A stretch of 46,267 nt of DNA, from assembly GCA_022824105.1 (NCBI GenBank), contig JAJEAZ010000113.1:1-46267 (forward strand), given 5' to 3'. Source of the stretch: Alphaproteobacteria bacterium. GTDB taxonomy: Bacteria > Pseudomonadota > Alphaproteobacteria > Bin95. Position 1 is the first letter of the stretch. Each line of letters starts with the position of its first letter. The translations under genes were made by a program, and so were the position numbers. Below the pieces are notes generated by a model. The model searched no databases, was not told the DNA's origin, and saw nothing but the letters and a program-made list of their open reading frames with translations. Below are positions 1-7,607 of this stretch, piece by piece.

Positions 1-680
1 GCACGCCAGGCGCAAGTTCTACGAGCTCGCCGACATCGCGGCCGGCAAGAGGCGCAGCAGACATGCGCCGCCGGTCTCGCCGCTGGCGCTGGAGGCGGTG
101 AAGCGGATCGATGCGCTGTTCGACATCGAGCGCGGGATCAACGGCGAGACCGCTGAGCGCCGCCGCGCGGTACGGCGCGAGCGGAGCGCGCCGCTCCTCG
201 CCGACCTCGAGGACTGGATGCGCACCGAGCGTGCCGGGCTGTCGCGCCATGCCCCCGTGGCCAGGGCCATGGACTATATGCTGAAGCGCTGGGACGGCTT
301 CGCCCGGTTCCTCGACGACGGACGTATCTGCCTCTCGAACAACGCCGCGGAGCGCGCAATCAGGCCTCTGGCCCTGGGCAGACGCTCCTGGCTGTTCGCC
401 GGCTCCGACCGCGGCGGCTTGCGCGCGATCGCCATGTACACCCTCATCGGTACCGCCAAGCTCAACGATGTCGATCCCCAGGCCTGGCTCGCCGACGTGC
501 TCGGCCGGATCGCAGGAACCCCGCAGAGCCGGCTCGACGAACTCCTTCCATGGAACTGGGCTCCGGAGCAGAGGCTCGATCTAGCCGCATAGGCCGGCGC
601 GCCCCAGACCAATCCACCCCAAACGCCCTCGCCGCTCAAACTCGTCCTGCGTACCCCTGCGGTCTTCTGCGGATGGATAC
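1..680 (+). mobile_element. IS66-family insertion sequence, right-hand part (left part lies outside the window)
   Basis: Carries the TnpC C-terminus. Ends ...GCGGATGGATAC at 680 (reverse complement GTATCCATCCGC, an IS66-type GTA- terminus), exactly where the minus-strand XRE-nuclease reading frame stops looking protein-like. Confidence 0.85.
2..592 (+). CDS. tnpC: IS66 transposase TnpC, 5'-truncated by the window edge
   Basis: Frame open from position 2: HARRKFYE...IDALFDIER...LDDGRICLSNNAAERAIRPLALGRRSWLFAGSDRGG...LIGTAKLNDVDPQAWLADVL...LDELLPWNW, the typical IS66 TnpC C-terminus. Confidence 0.95.
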   Translation, partial: HARRKFYELADIAAGKRRSRHAPPVSPLALEAVKRIDALFDIERGINGETAERRRAVRRERSAPLLADLEDWMRTERAGLSRHAPVARAMDYMLKRWDGFARFLDDGRICLSNNAAERAIRPLALGRRSWLFAGSDRGGLRAIAMYTLIGTAKLNDVDPQAWLADVLGRIAGTPQSRLDELLPWNWAPEQRLDLAA

Positions 681-1599
681 GCTCCACCACGGCTCCGTCG
701 AATCTATAACGAGCCTTGTCTTTCTCCCTCATGTCGGTGGTTAGTTCTATCCCGGCCACTTCGCCGGCCGCAGGCATCACCTCCCCTAACCAAGGCGAGA
801 CCCTGAACTCACCGGCCTCGTCGGCTCCTCCAATTATCACTATCTCCTGCCCGTACGGGTTGTGCTCCTGAATAAATCTGTACAACTTCGTAGCAAGGAT
901 TTCCTGGGCCTCTTCGACGAGAACCAAAAGGACCGTGCCCTTTTCATACCTTTTTCTGAGCTTATTCGCGATGACGTCGGTCAGCTCTGCCGAATACCTG
1001 CCAAACTGGGTAATCTCCACCTTTCTCACGTTCGTGCCGTTGCTCTTGGGGTCCACGATCAACACTTCGCTATCAGGAGGATCATCGCTGATCGGCCTGA
1101 CGTAGTACTCGTAGTCATCACTGAGGCTCAGGGCATAGATCGCAGTCACCCACAACTCGACCATCATTTTGTCAATCTGTTTTCGGGAATCGAGAACCGG
1201 TGTGATGCCCTCACGATCCAGGAAGTCCAGCACAAGATGCGGGCTGATGAAATGGCCCCGTGCCCTTAACTCCGTGATTGGCGAGTCCAGTGCATCGAAA
1301 AAGATCGTAGGAGGTTCGTCCTTCGCGACACCAGCTCGCAAGTACTGATCGATGATATCCACATAGGACAGCCGGACTGACGCCAATCCAAGACTCCTGG
1401 CCACCTCCACCATCTTTGCTACACTTTGCTGGCTCGCTCGCACTTGTCCGGTTTCAAGTGTTCTGTATCGGCCCCAACTAACTCCGGCCTGCTTGGCTGC
1501 TTTAGCGGACGTGATGCCCAGACCTATCCTGGCTGACTTCAGGTCTTCGGCAATCAGTGGAATCGCCCTTTCAAACAGTTCGGCCCTGTCGTACTGCAT
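681..1599 (-). pseudogene. XRE-family HTH fused to a putative PD-(D/E)xK nuclease domain, interrupted by IS66
   Basis: N-terminal LKSARIGLGITSAKAAKQAGVSWGRYRTLETG (XRE HTH), then DDPPDSEV...VRKVEITQF (PD...E-x-T nuclease-like motif). After ...FDGAVVER the listed ORF (274..1599) simply reads antisense into the IS66. Confidence 0.65.
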
Positions 1600-1625
1600 C
1601 GTCTCACCGCCGGTTCCTCACCCGC

Positions 1626-1645
1626 AGGGCACAACGTGGTGTCCT
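1626..1645. promoter_or_regulatory. Imperfect palindrome upstream of the XRE-nuclease gene, possible autoregulatory operator
   Basis: AGGGCACAAC|GTGGTGTCCT, 8 of 10 positions pair; ~27 bp upstream of the start at 1599. Confidence 0.3.
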
Positions 1646-2616
1646 TATGGAGTGTTGAATTGGAAATGGTCCCATGGTCCCGAATCCGCAAGCCTTCCAG
1701 CGCGGGCTCTCGAACGGACGTCGGGACCTTCTGCGGCCCCAACCACCGCCACTGGACATCCGGCGCCCAACTCAGTGCGGCAGTGGATTTGCACCAGGGC
1801 AGCCGTTGGACGCGCCACCTCGATGCTTGATGGCGCTTCTTCAAGCCAGCGCAAGGTCGGATGCGAACACGACGCCCGACCGATTACGACACCCTGCGTA
1901 TTTCCTCGGTCGCAGCCAGGCGGGCGATGACGTCGGAGTCCCCGCTGTGCAAAGCATGGGACGCGCGAACCCACCGGAGTTGAGCGCGTGCGCGCCTTCG
2001 CGAAGCGACTCCGCGCGAAGCCCGCCGGCGCCGCCGCGCACCCTACATGCATCTTCAACGCGCGCGGCCTCGCATGCCGCATGGCTAGGCCGGGCGCCGA
2101 GCGAGGACCGCACCCTGGAGAAATCTCCCTCCTCGATCAGACGCCAACGATGTCCGACTGCTCGAAGCTCACCGCCGCGTTGGCGTGGTCAAGATCTCAC
2201 AGAGCCATCGTTCTCTCCGAACCATCATGTACGAGGGTTGCTCCCGGTCCCCTCGCCAACCGCGTCAGCTCGTCTCCGACCGGGGGTCGCGCGCTGGTCC
2301 CGAAGGTTCGACATGCCCTTGTTTCGTCAGAAAAGCGGTCTGACGCGGCGATGGCACGCGCAACCCGGCAGAATTTCTCGGTTCTTTGATTCGCGGGCAG
2401 CACTAGGCGAGCGCATGTGTCTTCGCTTCGCAAGCGGATTGAATCAACCTCCAGACCTCGCGCGGCTATCCGTGCCCTCTTGGCTGGCTTCCACTTGTGC
2501 GCCCGCAGACGTCCGATTGGCCCAAAACCAACTGCGTCAGTCCTTCCGCGACGCCGAGCCATGCACTCGACTCGAACTCGCGCATACCTGCATAGCCGGT
2601 CGAGAAAACTGCCGGC

Positions 2617-2647
2617 TTGACCTAGCGAAGTAGTAAGATTATCTTAC
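2617..2647 (+). promoter_or_regulatory. sigma70-type promoter with overlapping palindromic operator, driving the ACP-XRE-IrrE-TS operon
   Basis: TTGACC (2617-2622), 17 bp, TATCTT (2640-2645). The perfect inverted repeat GTAAGAT-T-ATCTTAC (2633-2647) covers the -10 box. Confidence 0.7.
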
Positions 2648-2672
2648 CAGGAGTCGGATGAAGGAGACCCCC

Positions 2673-2978
2673 ATGGATCCCGCCACAGTGAAACAGAAGC
2701 TCATCGCCGTCCTCAGGCAGATCCAGGCGGACAGCAGCCTCGACTGCCCGCCCCTGACTGGCGATACGATACCGGTCGAGGACCTACCAGGCTTCGACAG
2801 CAAGGTGTGGCCTGTCGCAACCACCATGCTTGCAGCCGAGATCGGCGCGACGATCCCGAACGACGTAAACATTTTCGTTAACGAGACGACCAATCTCCCC
2901 CGCTCCATCGACGAGATAGCGGTCTTCGTCTCCGAGGTGCTCAAGAAGCACAGCGAACAGCAAGCCGCTGCAGCATGA
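2673..2978 (+). CDS. Acyl-carrier-protein-like (phosphopantetheine-attachment) protein
   Basis: 101 aa, small and helical; DLPGFDS motif (Ser43, codon 2799-2801) matches the carrier-protein LGxDS signature; ends with an SIDEIAVFV helix like ACP helix IV. RBS AAGGAG at 2661; alternative ATG at 2658. An AcpS gene lies in the same cluster. Confidence 0.7.
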   Translation: MDPATVKQKLIAVLRQIQADSSLDCPPLTGDTIPVEDLPGFDSKVWPVATTMLAAEIGATIPNDVNIFVNETTNLPRSIDEIAVFVSEVLKKHSEQQAAAA

Positions 2979-3340
2979 CCAAGCTTGGCTCCGCCAACCG
3001 GACACAGATTGCCGAGCGCCTGAAGGAAGCTCGCAAGCTCGCCGGCCTGTCGCAAGGGCATGTTGCCAGGATGCTCGGCCTTCATCGCCCCTCCGTCACT
3101 GAGATGGAGGCGGGCAAACGCCGCGTCTCGGCCGACGAGCTCGCCCGACTTGCCGAGATATATGACGTCAGCGTGGCCTGGGTGCTCGGCGAAGCACCCG
3201 AGACGCTCGACGCTCAAGACCCCCGGCTTGAGCTCGCGGCGCGTGAACTCGTCAAACTCAAGCCTGACGATCTGGAACACCTGCTCAGGCTGTTGGCGGC
3301 CTTGCGCAGCGACTCCACCGCGACAGGAGGCAATCGCTGA
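2975..3340 (+). CDS. XRE-family HTH transcriptional regulator
   Basis: IAERLKEARKLAGLSQGHVARMLGLHRPSVTEMEAGKRRVSADELARLAEIYDVSVAWVLG; ATGA overlap with the upstream ACP gene. Confidence 0.92.
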   Translation: MTKLGSANRTQIAERLKEARKLAGLSQGHVARMLGLHRPSVTEMEAGKRRVSADELARLAEIYDVSVAWVLGEAPETLDAQDPRLELAARELVKLKPDDLEHLLRLLAALRSDSTATGGNR

Positions 3341-4242
3341 TGAGCGAAATGCGCATCATCAAACCCGGCCTCGACCGCCGCGCCCTCGCGACTCAAGCCA
3401 TGCAGGCCGCCGCGGCCACGCGGGCGAAGGCCAAACTCGATCAATCGGGACCGATCTGCGTTTACGGCCTTTGCGAAACACTGGGCATCCTGGTGCGTTT
3501 CAACAACATCAACATGGAAGGGATGTATCAGCGTGGTATTCCTCCGCGCATTCATCTCTCAGCGCGACGGCCACTGCCGCGGCGTACCTACAATTGTGCG
3601 CATGAACTTGGCCATCACGTATTCGGCCATGGCTCCTCGATCGACGAGTTGCGCGAAGATGCCAAGGCGCAACCCTGGGAGGACCCGAAGGAGTTCCTGG
3701 CCGACACCTTCGCCGGCTTCATCCTCATGCCGATCATTGGCCTGCGCCGTGCCTTTGCGGTCCGGGGTTGGACGCCGAAAACAGCCACGCCGGCGCAGAT
3801 CTTCACCGTCGCCTGCGATTTCGGCGTCGGCTATACGACACTTCTGACCCATCTTTCGGCAGGCGTTGACATGCTTCCGCGCAGCCGCGCCGCCGTCCTG
3901 GGGCGTGTGTCTCCCAAGGCCTTGCGCGTAGAAATTCTGGGTGCGTTGACGCCCGAGCCGTTGATCGTCGCCGATCACCACCGCGCCGCGCCCACCTTGG
4001 ACGCAGAGGTCGATACGCTGATCCTGCTGCCGCCCGGCGCTAAGGTAACTGGCGGCCAACTTGCCTTCGAGCGAGACCTCCCAACCGGTCGGCTATTTCG
4101 GACGGTTAAGCCCGGGATTTTCCAGGCAACTGCCGGCGACTGGGCAGTCTTCGTGCGCGTGGCCCCAGTCCAGAAAAACGAACCGTACGGCTATGTCGGG
4201 CTCGCTCAATACCGACATTTGGAGGAGGACCCGGATGAGTAA
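3340..4242 (+). CDS. ImmA/IrrE-family (DUF955/M78) metallo-endopeptidase
   Basis: RRTYNCAHELGHH (HExxH) followed by EFLADTFAGFILMP; TGATG coupling to the XRE gene. Confidence 0.9.
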   Translation: MSEMRIIKPGLDRRALATQAMQAAAATRAKAKLDQSGPICVYGLCETLGILVRFNNINMEGMYQRGIPPRIHLSARRPLPRRTYNCAHELGHHVFGHGSSIDELREDAKAQPWEDPKEFLADTFAGFILMPIIGLRRAFAVRGWTPKTATPAQIFTVACDFGVGYTTLLTHLSAGVDMLPRSRAAVLGRVSPKALRVEILGALTPEPLIVADHHRAAPTLDAEVDTLILLPPGAKVTGGQLAFERDLPTGRLFRTVKPGIFQATAGDWAVFVRVAPVQKNEPYGYVGLAQYRHLEEDPDE

Positions 4243-5089
4243 GGCCAAGTCTCTGGTAGCGCCGCCGCCCTCTCTGATCGACGACACAAACCTGTCGCGC
4301 GCTTGGGCGCGCCTGCTCCTCCAGGTACTCGACAACGCCGGCACGGAGATCGCGCCGTTGATCCTGAGCGTGAGCGGTTTCGCCCGAGACGGCACCGCCG
4401 TCGAAGACCCTGCGGTGCGCCAAGCACTCGATCAGCTGCTCAAGCACAAAGACCGATACGTGGTCGAGAACGTCGCGTTCACGATTTTCCCGCAACGGTA
4501 CTGGGTGATGTCCCGTAGCGACAGGAACCGCTTATTCGAGCTTTATCGCAAGGCATTTCCGCGCTTGCAGGCGATGAACCGCACGGCCAACGGCCGTGGC
4601 ATGTATTTCGAGCGCCTGATGATGTACGGGCGCGGTCCCTGCGACGGCAATCAACTGGAGTGGATCTTGTCCCAGTTCACTTCCAGGCAAGGCGTACGCC
4701 GATCGATGCTTCAAGCGACCACCTTCGATCCGGGCCGCGACCATGTCCGTAGCGCGCAACTCGGTTTTCCCTGCCTTCAACAGGTCAGCTTCGAGCCGAC
4801 CCCAGCGGGGCTCGTCACCAACGCGTTCTACGCCACTCAGCAGATATTCGACAAAGCCTATGGCAATTATCTGGGCTTGGCCCAGCTCGGCGCCTTCATG
4901 GCTCATGAGATGGGCATACGGCTAGCACGACTGAACGTCATGGTCGGAGTCGCCAAGCTCGAGCGAATCTCCAAGCGCGAGCTAGAACATACCCCATTGG
5001 TCAAGGCCGCTCGGATGCTCGTTTCGCAAGCCACTGCCCCAGCGCCGCGCGCGCCTATCACCTCTGTGGCGGCTGGAGCAACGCCTTGA
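4235..5089 (+). CDS. Divergent thymidylate-synthase-superfamily protein
   Basis: YFERL...NQLEWIL...VRRS...FDPGRD...FPCLQQVSF (catalytic Cys, codon 4772-4774)...YGNYLGLAQLGAFMA follows the ThyA motif order. Start at 4235 after RBS GGAGGAGG, overlapping the IrrE stop. Confidence 0.75.
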   Translation: MSKAKSLVAPPPSLIDDTNLSRAWARLLLQVLDNAGTEIAPLILSVSGFARDGTAVEDPAVRQALDQLLKHKDRYVVENVAFTIFPQRYWVMSRSDRNRLFELYRKAFPRLQAMNRTANGRGMYFERLMMYGRGPCDGNQLEWILSQFTSRQGVRRSMLQATTFDPGRDHVRSAQLGFPCLQQVSFEPTPAGLVTNAFYATQQIFDKAYGNYLGLAQLGAFMAHEMGIRLARLNVMVGVAKLERISKRELEHTPLVKAARMLVSQATAPAPRAPITSVAAGATP

Positions 5090-6240
5090 GCGCCAGGTCG
5101 CCCAGAGACCCCAAGAAACGTCGGCGCGGCCGGCCCCGAAAGTCTCTTCCCAGCGCAGCCGACAAACCGCTCCAAATGGAACTCGCCATAGCGGTTCAAC
5201 CCCCGACGCCATCGACAATGCCGGCCCCGACTGTCCTCCAGCACCTGACCCCGGCCAAAGCATCTGAGGTCTACGAAAGCTATTGGCGCTTCGCAGCCGA
5301 ACGCCAGGCGGTGTTTTTCCGCCGCCAGCGCGGCGAAAGGCATCCGTGGACGGAAAACCCCGTACTGGCGACCTACAAGTTCACCAATGCCTACCGCGCG
5401 TCCGACCGGGTCAGCCAGTATCTCATCCGCCATGTAATCTATCGAGACGACCTGTCCAAGTCGCCTCCCGAAGTGTTCTTCCGCATCATGCTGTTCAAGA
5501 TTTTCAACAAGATTGAGACTTGGGAACTCCTCGAACGCGCGCTCGGCTCCGTCACCTTTGAAGACTATCGCTTCGCCTCCTATGACGCTGTGCTCAGGGG
5601 TGCGCGGCAAGCCGGTCGTCGCATTTATTCCGCTGCCTACATCATGCCTCCGGGTAGCCGTGCGTTCGGACGATCAGCCAAGCATCAGAACCATCTGCTA
5701 CTCCTCGAACGAATGATGGCCGATCGCCTTCCCGAGCGGTTGGCCCAGACCCGCACGATGCAAGAGGGCTTCGAGAAACTGCGTGCCTATCCAACGATCG
5801 GAGACTTCCTCGCCTACCAGTTCATTACCGATATCAACTACAGCGAACTCACCGAATTTAGCGAAATGGACTTCGTCGTGCCCGGCCCAGGTGCACGCGA
5901 TGGCCTGCGCAAATGCTTCCTAGATCCGGGTGGCCTGAATGAACCGGAGCTCATCCGGCTCATGGCCGACTTGCAAGAACGAGAGTTCGAACGCCTCGGC
6001 CTGGATTTCCAATCACTCTGGGGTCGTCGCCTCCAGTTGATCGACTGCCAGAACCTGTTCTGCGAGGTCGACAAATACGCGCGCGTCGTGCATCCGCAAG
6101 TCGCGGGAAGAACCGGCCGCGTCCGCATCAAACAGAAGTTCGTTCCGACATCGGAACCCATCGAACTCTTCTACCCTCCCAAGTGGAAGCTCAACGACAA
6201 GATCTGCCTCGACGGGTATCAGCCCGCGGCAGCCACGTGA
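5086..6240 (+). CDS. HhH-glycosylase-fold aGPT-Pplase clade 1 / 5-hmdU DNA kinase helical-domain-like protein
   Basis: YWRFAAERQAVFFRR...PWTENPVLATYKFTNAYRASDRVSQYLI, FKIFNKIETW, HhH-like YPTIGDFLAYQFITD, GPGARDG and IDCQNLFCEVDKY are characteristic of this family. TTG start with GGAG at 5075 overlaps the TS stop. Confidence 0.8.
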   Translation: MSARSPRDPKKRRRGRPRKSLPSAADKPLQMELAIAVQPPTPSTMPAPTVLQHLTPAKASEVYESYWRFAAERQAVFFRRQRGERHPWTENPVLATYKFTNAYRASDRVSQYLIRHVIYRDDLSKSPPEVFFRIMLFKIFNKIETWELLERALGSVTFEDYRFASYDAVLRGARQAGRRIYSAAYIMPPGSRAFGRSAKHQNHLLLLERMMADRLPERLAQTRTMQEGFEKLRAYPTIGDFLAYQFITDINYSELTEFSEMDFVVPGPGARDGLRKCFLDPGGLNEPELIRLMADLQEREFERLGLDFQSLWGRRLQLIDCQNLFCEVDKYARVVHPQVAGRTGRVRIKQKFVPTSEPIELFYPPKWKLNDKICLDGYQPAAAT

Positions 6241-6257
6241 CGCCGAAGGAGCCACGC

Positions 6258-7160
6258 ATGGATTTCAACAGCTATCAGAAGGAGGCATTGCGCACTGACC
6301 GCGTGCCCGACGAAGACGATGCTGCCTCATTAATCGTCCCTATGCTTGGCCTCGCCGGCGAGACCGGACAGCTGCTCAGCGAGTACAAGAAACACCTGCG
6401 CGACGGCGAGGCGCATCGCTTGTTCAAGGAGCGCGTGTCCGAGGAATTGGGTGACCTTCTTTGGTACATCGCGAACGTTGCCAGCAAATTCGATCTCTCG
6501 CTCTCCGAAATCGCTGATGCCAATTTGATCAAGGTTAGGGATCGCTGGGCGAGCGAATGCGCCGAGCCCCTTGTCTTCGACGCCGAGCTTCCCGAAGGGG
6601 AGCGACTTCCGCGACGGTTTGAAGTCGAGCTATTCGACGTGGAGGAGAAGGAGGGGAAGAGCCAGCACGTTCAGATCCTGATCGACGGCCAACCGTTCGG
6701 TGCGCAGCTCACCGACAACGCCTACGATCCTGACGGATATCGCTTCCACGACGTATTTCACTTTGCCTACGCCGCCGTGCTTGGCTGGTCGCCGATTACT
6801 CGGGGGTTGCTCCGTCGAAAACGCAAGAGCCAACCGCTGGTCGACGAAGTGGAAGACGGCGGACGGGCAGCGGTCATCGAAGAGGGTGTGGTTGCACTCG
6901 CGTTCGACTATGCCCGTCGCCATCGTTTTCTCGACGGCGTGACTGCTCTCGATTTTCAGTTGCTGCGCACCATCAAAGACATGACGTCCCATTTGGAAGT
7001 CCGCCAATGCACCACGGGCGAATGGGAGCAAGCCATTCTGCAGGGCTTCAAGGTTTGGCGCGCGGTGCTGGACGCGCGCGGCGGCCGTATCGACGTCCAT
7101 CTGGACATGCGGCAGATTGCCTTTCTCGGTCCGCCCGCCGATCACGAGTCACCCTGTTGA
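6258..7160 (+). CDS. MazG-type NTP pyrophosphohydrolase with MazG C-terminal domain
   Basis: MDFNSYQ...LGLAGETGQLLSEYKK...EELGDLLWYIA (MazG), then LTDNAYDPDGYRFHDVFHFAYAAVLGWSP...KRKS...DEVEDGGRA..IEEG (MazG-C). RBS AAGGAG at 6246. Confidence 0.88.
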   Translation: MDFNSYQKEALRTDRVPDEDDAASLIVPMLGLAGETGQLLSEYKKHLRDGEAHRLFKERVSEELGDLLWYIANVASKFDLSLSEIADANLIKVRDRWASECAEPLVFDAELPEGERLPRRFEVELFDVEEKEGKSQHVQILIDGQPFGAQLTDNAYDPDGYRFHDVFHFAYAAVLGWSPITRGLLRRKRKSQPLVDEVEDGGRAAVIEEGVVALAFDYARRHRFLDGVTALDFQLLRTIKDMTSHLEVRQCTTGEWEQAILQGFKVWRAVLDARGGRIDVHLDMRQIAFLGPPADHESPC

Positions 7161-7546
7161 ACCTCGCCGCTCAACGCAAGAGCGCTCGCCATCGCCATGC
7201 CGCCCGCATGGCTGATGCTCAGCCTCCAAGCGCTCACTCCCATCGCCGTGGCGGCCTTCGCCGCGCCGCCCGAAAGTCGGACTTCCGGCGGCGCGCCCGG
7301 CGACCGGCGTATCATCACATCGGTGAAGGCTACGCCTGCACCGAAGCCAGTGCCGATTGCCTTGAGCACCGCTTCCTTGGCGGCGAACCGCCCCGCCAGC
7401 CGCTCAATCCGATTGACCCCATCGCCGACCTCATCCAGTTCCGTCTGCACAAAGCAGCGCGGAATCAACGGGTCGCGCGGGTCCTCGATCCAGCGCCGCA
7501 TCTCGTCGATTTCCACCATGTCAATGCCATGTCCCACAACCGTCAT
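7142..7546 (-). CDS. acpS: Holo-ACP synthase (AcpS-type 4'-phosphopantetheinyl transferase)
   Basis: VVGHGIDMVEI...LAGRFAAKEAVLKAIGTG...GAPPEV...LSISH; 134 aa from the ATG at 7546 with RBS GGAAGGA; convergent on and overlapping the MazG 3' end. Confidence 0.92.
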   Translation of the reverse strand: MTVVGHGIDMVEIDEMRRWIEDPRDPLIPRCFVQTELDEVGDGVNRIERLAGRFAAKEAVLKAIGTGFGAGVAFTDVMIRRSPGAPPEVRLSGGAAKAATAMGVSAWRLSISHAGGMAMASALALSGEVQQGDS

Positions 7547-7607
7547 GCGATTCGTCCTTCCTTGAGTCGAGACATGACCGAACTTCCAACGCCGAGGAGC
7601 CCCGTTA

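Noticed and set aside
274-680. C-terminal third of the 441-aa ORF 274..1599
   Set aside because: It is the antisense read-through of IS66 tnpC and its terminus, not part of the native protein.
1674-2633. 319-aa ORF and overlapping ORFs in 1.5-2.6 kb
   Set aside because: Low-complexity R/P/A/S composition, no motif and no convincing RBS; typical high-GC spurious frames.
4235-5089. Calling this housekeeping thyA
   Set aside because: RSxD and HxY motifs are missing, there is no folA neighbour, and it sits in an island operon.
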